Shown: one piece after another, positions 47,049 to 48,486 of the stretch
Numbering within the stretch: the stretch's first letter is position 1
Layout of the letters: the number at the start of each line of letters is the position of its first letter
Assembly: GCA_023473785.1 (NCBI GenBank)
Contig: JAMCYD010000001.1
Span: 1-48,486, forward strand
Reading direction: 5' to 3'
DNA: 48,486 nt
DNA from: Patescibacteria group bacterium
GTDB taxonomy: Bacteria; Patescibacteriota; Microgenomatia; Levybacterales; UBA12049
Notes under the pieces: generated by a model
The model's input: the letters and a program-made list of their open reading frames with translations, nothing else
Database searches by the model: none
Told to the model about the DNA's origin: nothing
Position numbers and translations under genes: made by a program

Positions 47049-47606
47049 ATGAACAAGGATAAAATAATAAAAATTGCCTTTGTTGGGACAAGCTCGACAG
47101 GAAAAACTACTCTTCTTTGGGAATATAAAAAGAAGATGAGTGGGAATCGCTCTATAGTATTTGTCCATGAAGCAGCAAGAGATTTTTTCAAGGAAAATCC
47201 TCATATTACAGAAAGATTTGCAAAGGAAATTCAAGGACAAGTGCAATCCGCTGTGCTTGCGAGAGAACAAGAAGCTCACAACTCAGGTGCGAGAGTAATT
47301 ATTTGTGATAGGTCTGTTATAGATGCTGTTGTTTATGTAAGATCAACAGGAGATAGAAAGGGAGCCAAGGAGTTATTGGAAAAAGTTAAATTTTGGATTC
47401 CAACCTATACTAAGTTCTTGCTTCTAAATCCTGTCGATGTTAAGTACGAAAAAGATGAAGTTAGGCAAGAAGATGAAAATACAAGACAAGCTTTTCATAA
47501 AGCATTCTTGGAATTTTTCAAAGAAACAAGAATTCCATATGAATTACTTAGCGGTTCGATTGAGCAAAGAATTAAAAGAGTAGATAGGCTAATTGGAATG
47601 ATATAA
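47049..47606 (+). CDS. NadR/AAA_28-type P-loop nucleoside/nucleotide kinase-like protein
   Basis: G..STGKTT, EAAR, ICDRS.ID, D.VR, L.GS.EQR. Confidence 0.8.
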   Translation: MNKDKIIKIAFVGTSSTGKTTLLWEYKKKMSGNRSIVFVHEAARDFFKENPHITERFAKEIQGQVQSAVLAREQEAHNSGARVIICDRSVIDAVVYVRSTGDRKGAKELLEKVKFWIPTYTKFLLLNPVDVKYEKDEVRQEDENTRQAFHKAFLEFFKETRIPYELLSGSIEQRIKRVDRLIGMI

Positions 47607-47635
47607 TCCTCGATCTCTGTTATAATTTTCCCATT

Positions 47636-48486
47636 ATGGAACAAAATAATATTAGGAATTTTGCGATCGTGGCTCATATTGATCATGGTAAATCGACATT
47701 GGCAGACCGCATTATGGAGATATGCGGTGCCATCGGAGAAAAACACCAGGAGCAAATATTAGATAGTCTTGAGCTTGAGAGAGAGCACGGGATAACTATA
47801 AAACTTAAGGCGATAAGATTAAATTATAAGGGGTGTCAGTTAAATCTTCTTGATACTCCGGGTCATGTTGATTTTTCCTACGAGGTCTCAAGATCCCTGG
47901 CATCTGTTGAGGGAGCGCTATTAATAGTTGATGCAACACAGGGAGTTCAAGCTCAAACTCTTTCCAATTTTAACCTGGCGATTAATGCCAAGCTGACACT
48001 TATTCCTGTTATCAACAAAATTGATATGCCGCAAGCAGACGTTTTAAAAACAACCCAGGAACTAATGGATTTAGGATTCAAGGAAAATGAAATTATAAAA
48101 GTCTCTGCCAAGACGGGAGAAAATGTTGAAAAATTGCTTTCGGAAATTATTGAAAAGATACCACCTCCTCAAAAAATCGCAGATAAACTTTCAGCTCTTG
48201 TCTTTGACTCAAGTCTCGATCCCTACAAGGGAGTAATTGCTACAATTAGGCTTTTTGGAGGATCTATAAAGGCTGGAGACGAAGTCTTATTTATGGCAAC
48301 GAAAGCAAAAGGACAAGTCTTACAAGTTGGTTTCTTAAATCCCAAACCAGATTATATACCAAATTTACAAGCAGGCGAGGTTGGTTTCATTGCCACAAAT
48401 ATAAAAGATTTGTCTCTTGTAAAAGTAGGAGATACTATAGTTCATCCCAAGGAAATTATGAATCCACTGCCGGGCTATCAAGAGGC
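47636..48486 (+). CDS. lepA: elongation factor 4 (LepA), truncated by window end
   Basis: Manual translation: MEQNNIRNFAIVAHIDHGKSTLADR...EREHGITIK...LNLLDTPGHVDFSYEVSRSL...NKID. Confidence 0.96.
   Translation, partial: MEQNNIRNFAIVAHIDHGKSTLADRIMEICGAIGEKHQEQILDSLELEREHGITIKLKAIRLNYKGCQLNLLDTPGHVDFSYEVSRSLASVEGALLIVDATQGVQAQTLSNFNLAINAKLTLIPVINKIDMPQADVLKTTQELMDLGFKENEIIKVSAKTGENVEKLLSEIIEKIPPPQKIADKLSALVFDSSLDPYKGVIATIRLFGGSIKAGDEVLFMATKAKGQVLQVGFLNPKPDYIPNLQAGEVGFIATNIKDLSLVKVGDTIVHPKEIMNPLPGYQE

Noticed and set aside
1494..47755. Numerous short antisense or alternative-frame ORFs in the track
   Set aside because: They lie inside well-supported genes and show no motifs or initiation signals.
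1..48486. CRISPR array, rRNA, IS transposase, reverse transcriptase
   Set aside because: No spaced repeats, rRNA-like sequence or relevant catalytic motifs seen.

Overview
AT-rich bacterial chromosome segment in genetic code 11 (TGA used as stop). Gene content and style point to a Patescibacteria/CPR genome, Microgenomates-like; this is an inference. Housekeeping genes: ruvCAB, comM/yifB, guaBA with purB and purA, dnaG-rpoD, pcrA, tpiA, pilN/pilO with a surface-glycosylation cluster, rpsT, murJ, purM and a partial lepA. They alternate with many single-gene accessory units, most with a TG-n-TATAAT-type -10 box a few nt before the start codon (leaderless architecture). The most striking structure is at 18.55-18.94 kb. 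A small GIY-YIG nuclease gene sits between a duplicated, degenerate 5' half of tRNA-Asn and an intact tRNA-Asn(GTT), and its stop codon lies inside the tRNA. The degenerate copy carries a 16-bp GC-rich palindrome (TCCGCCAGCTGGCGGA) in its D-loop. Near-identical or related palindromes sit in frame inside pcrA and a large membrane-protein gene, suggesting a GIY-YIG-associated miniature palindromic element system. Also notable: 7-nt tandem arrays inside several coding regions, a Ni-SOD (sodN-sodX) locus with an unannotated small membrane ORF, an unannotated 39-aa very basic ORF, inverted repeats bracketing alkA, and a viperin-like radical SAM gene next to a P-loop kinase. All calls come from motif recognition only; no searches were run.
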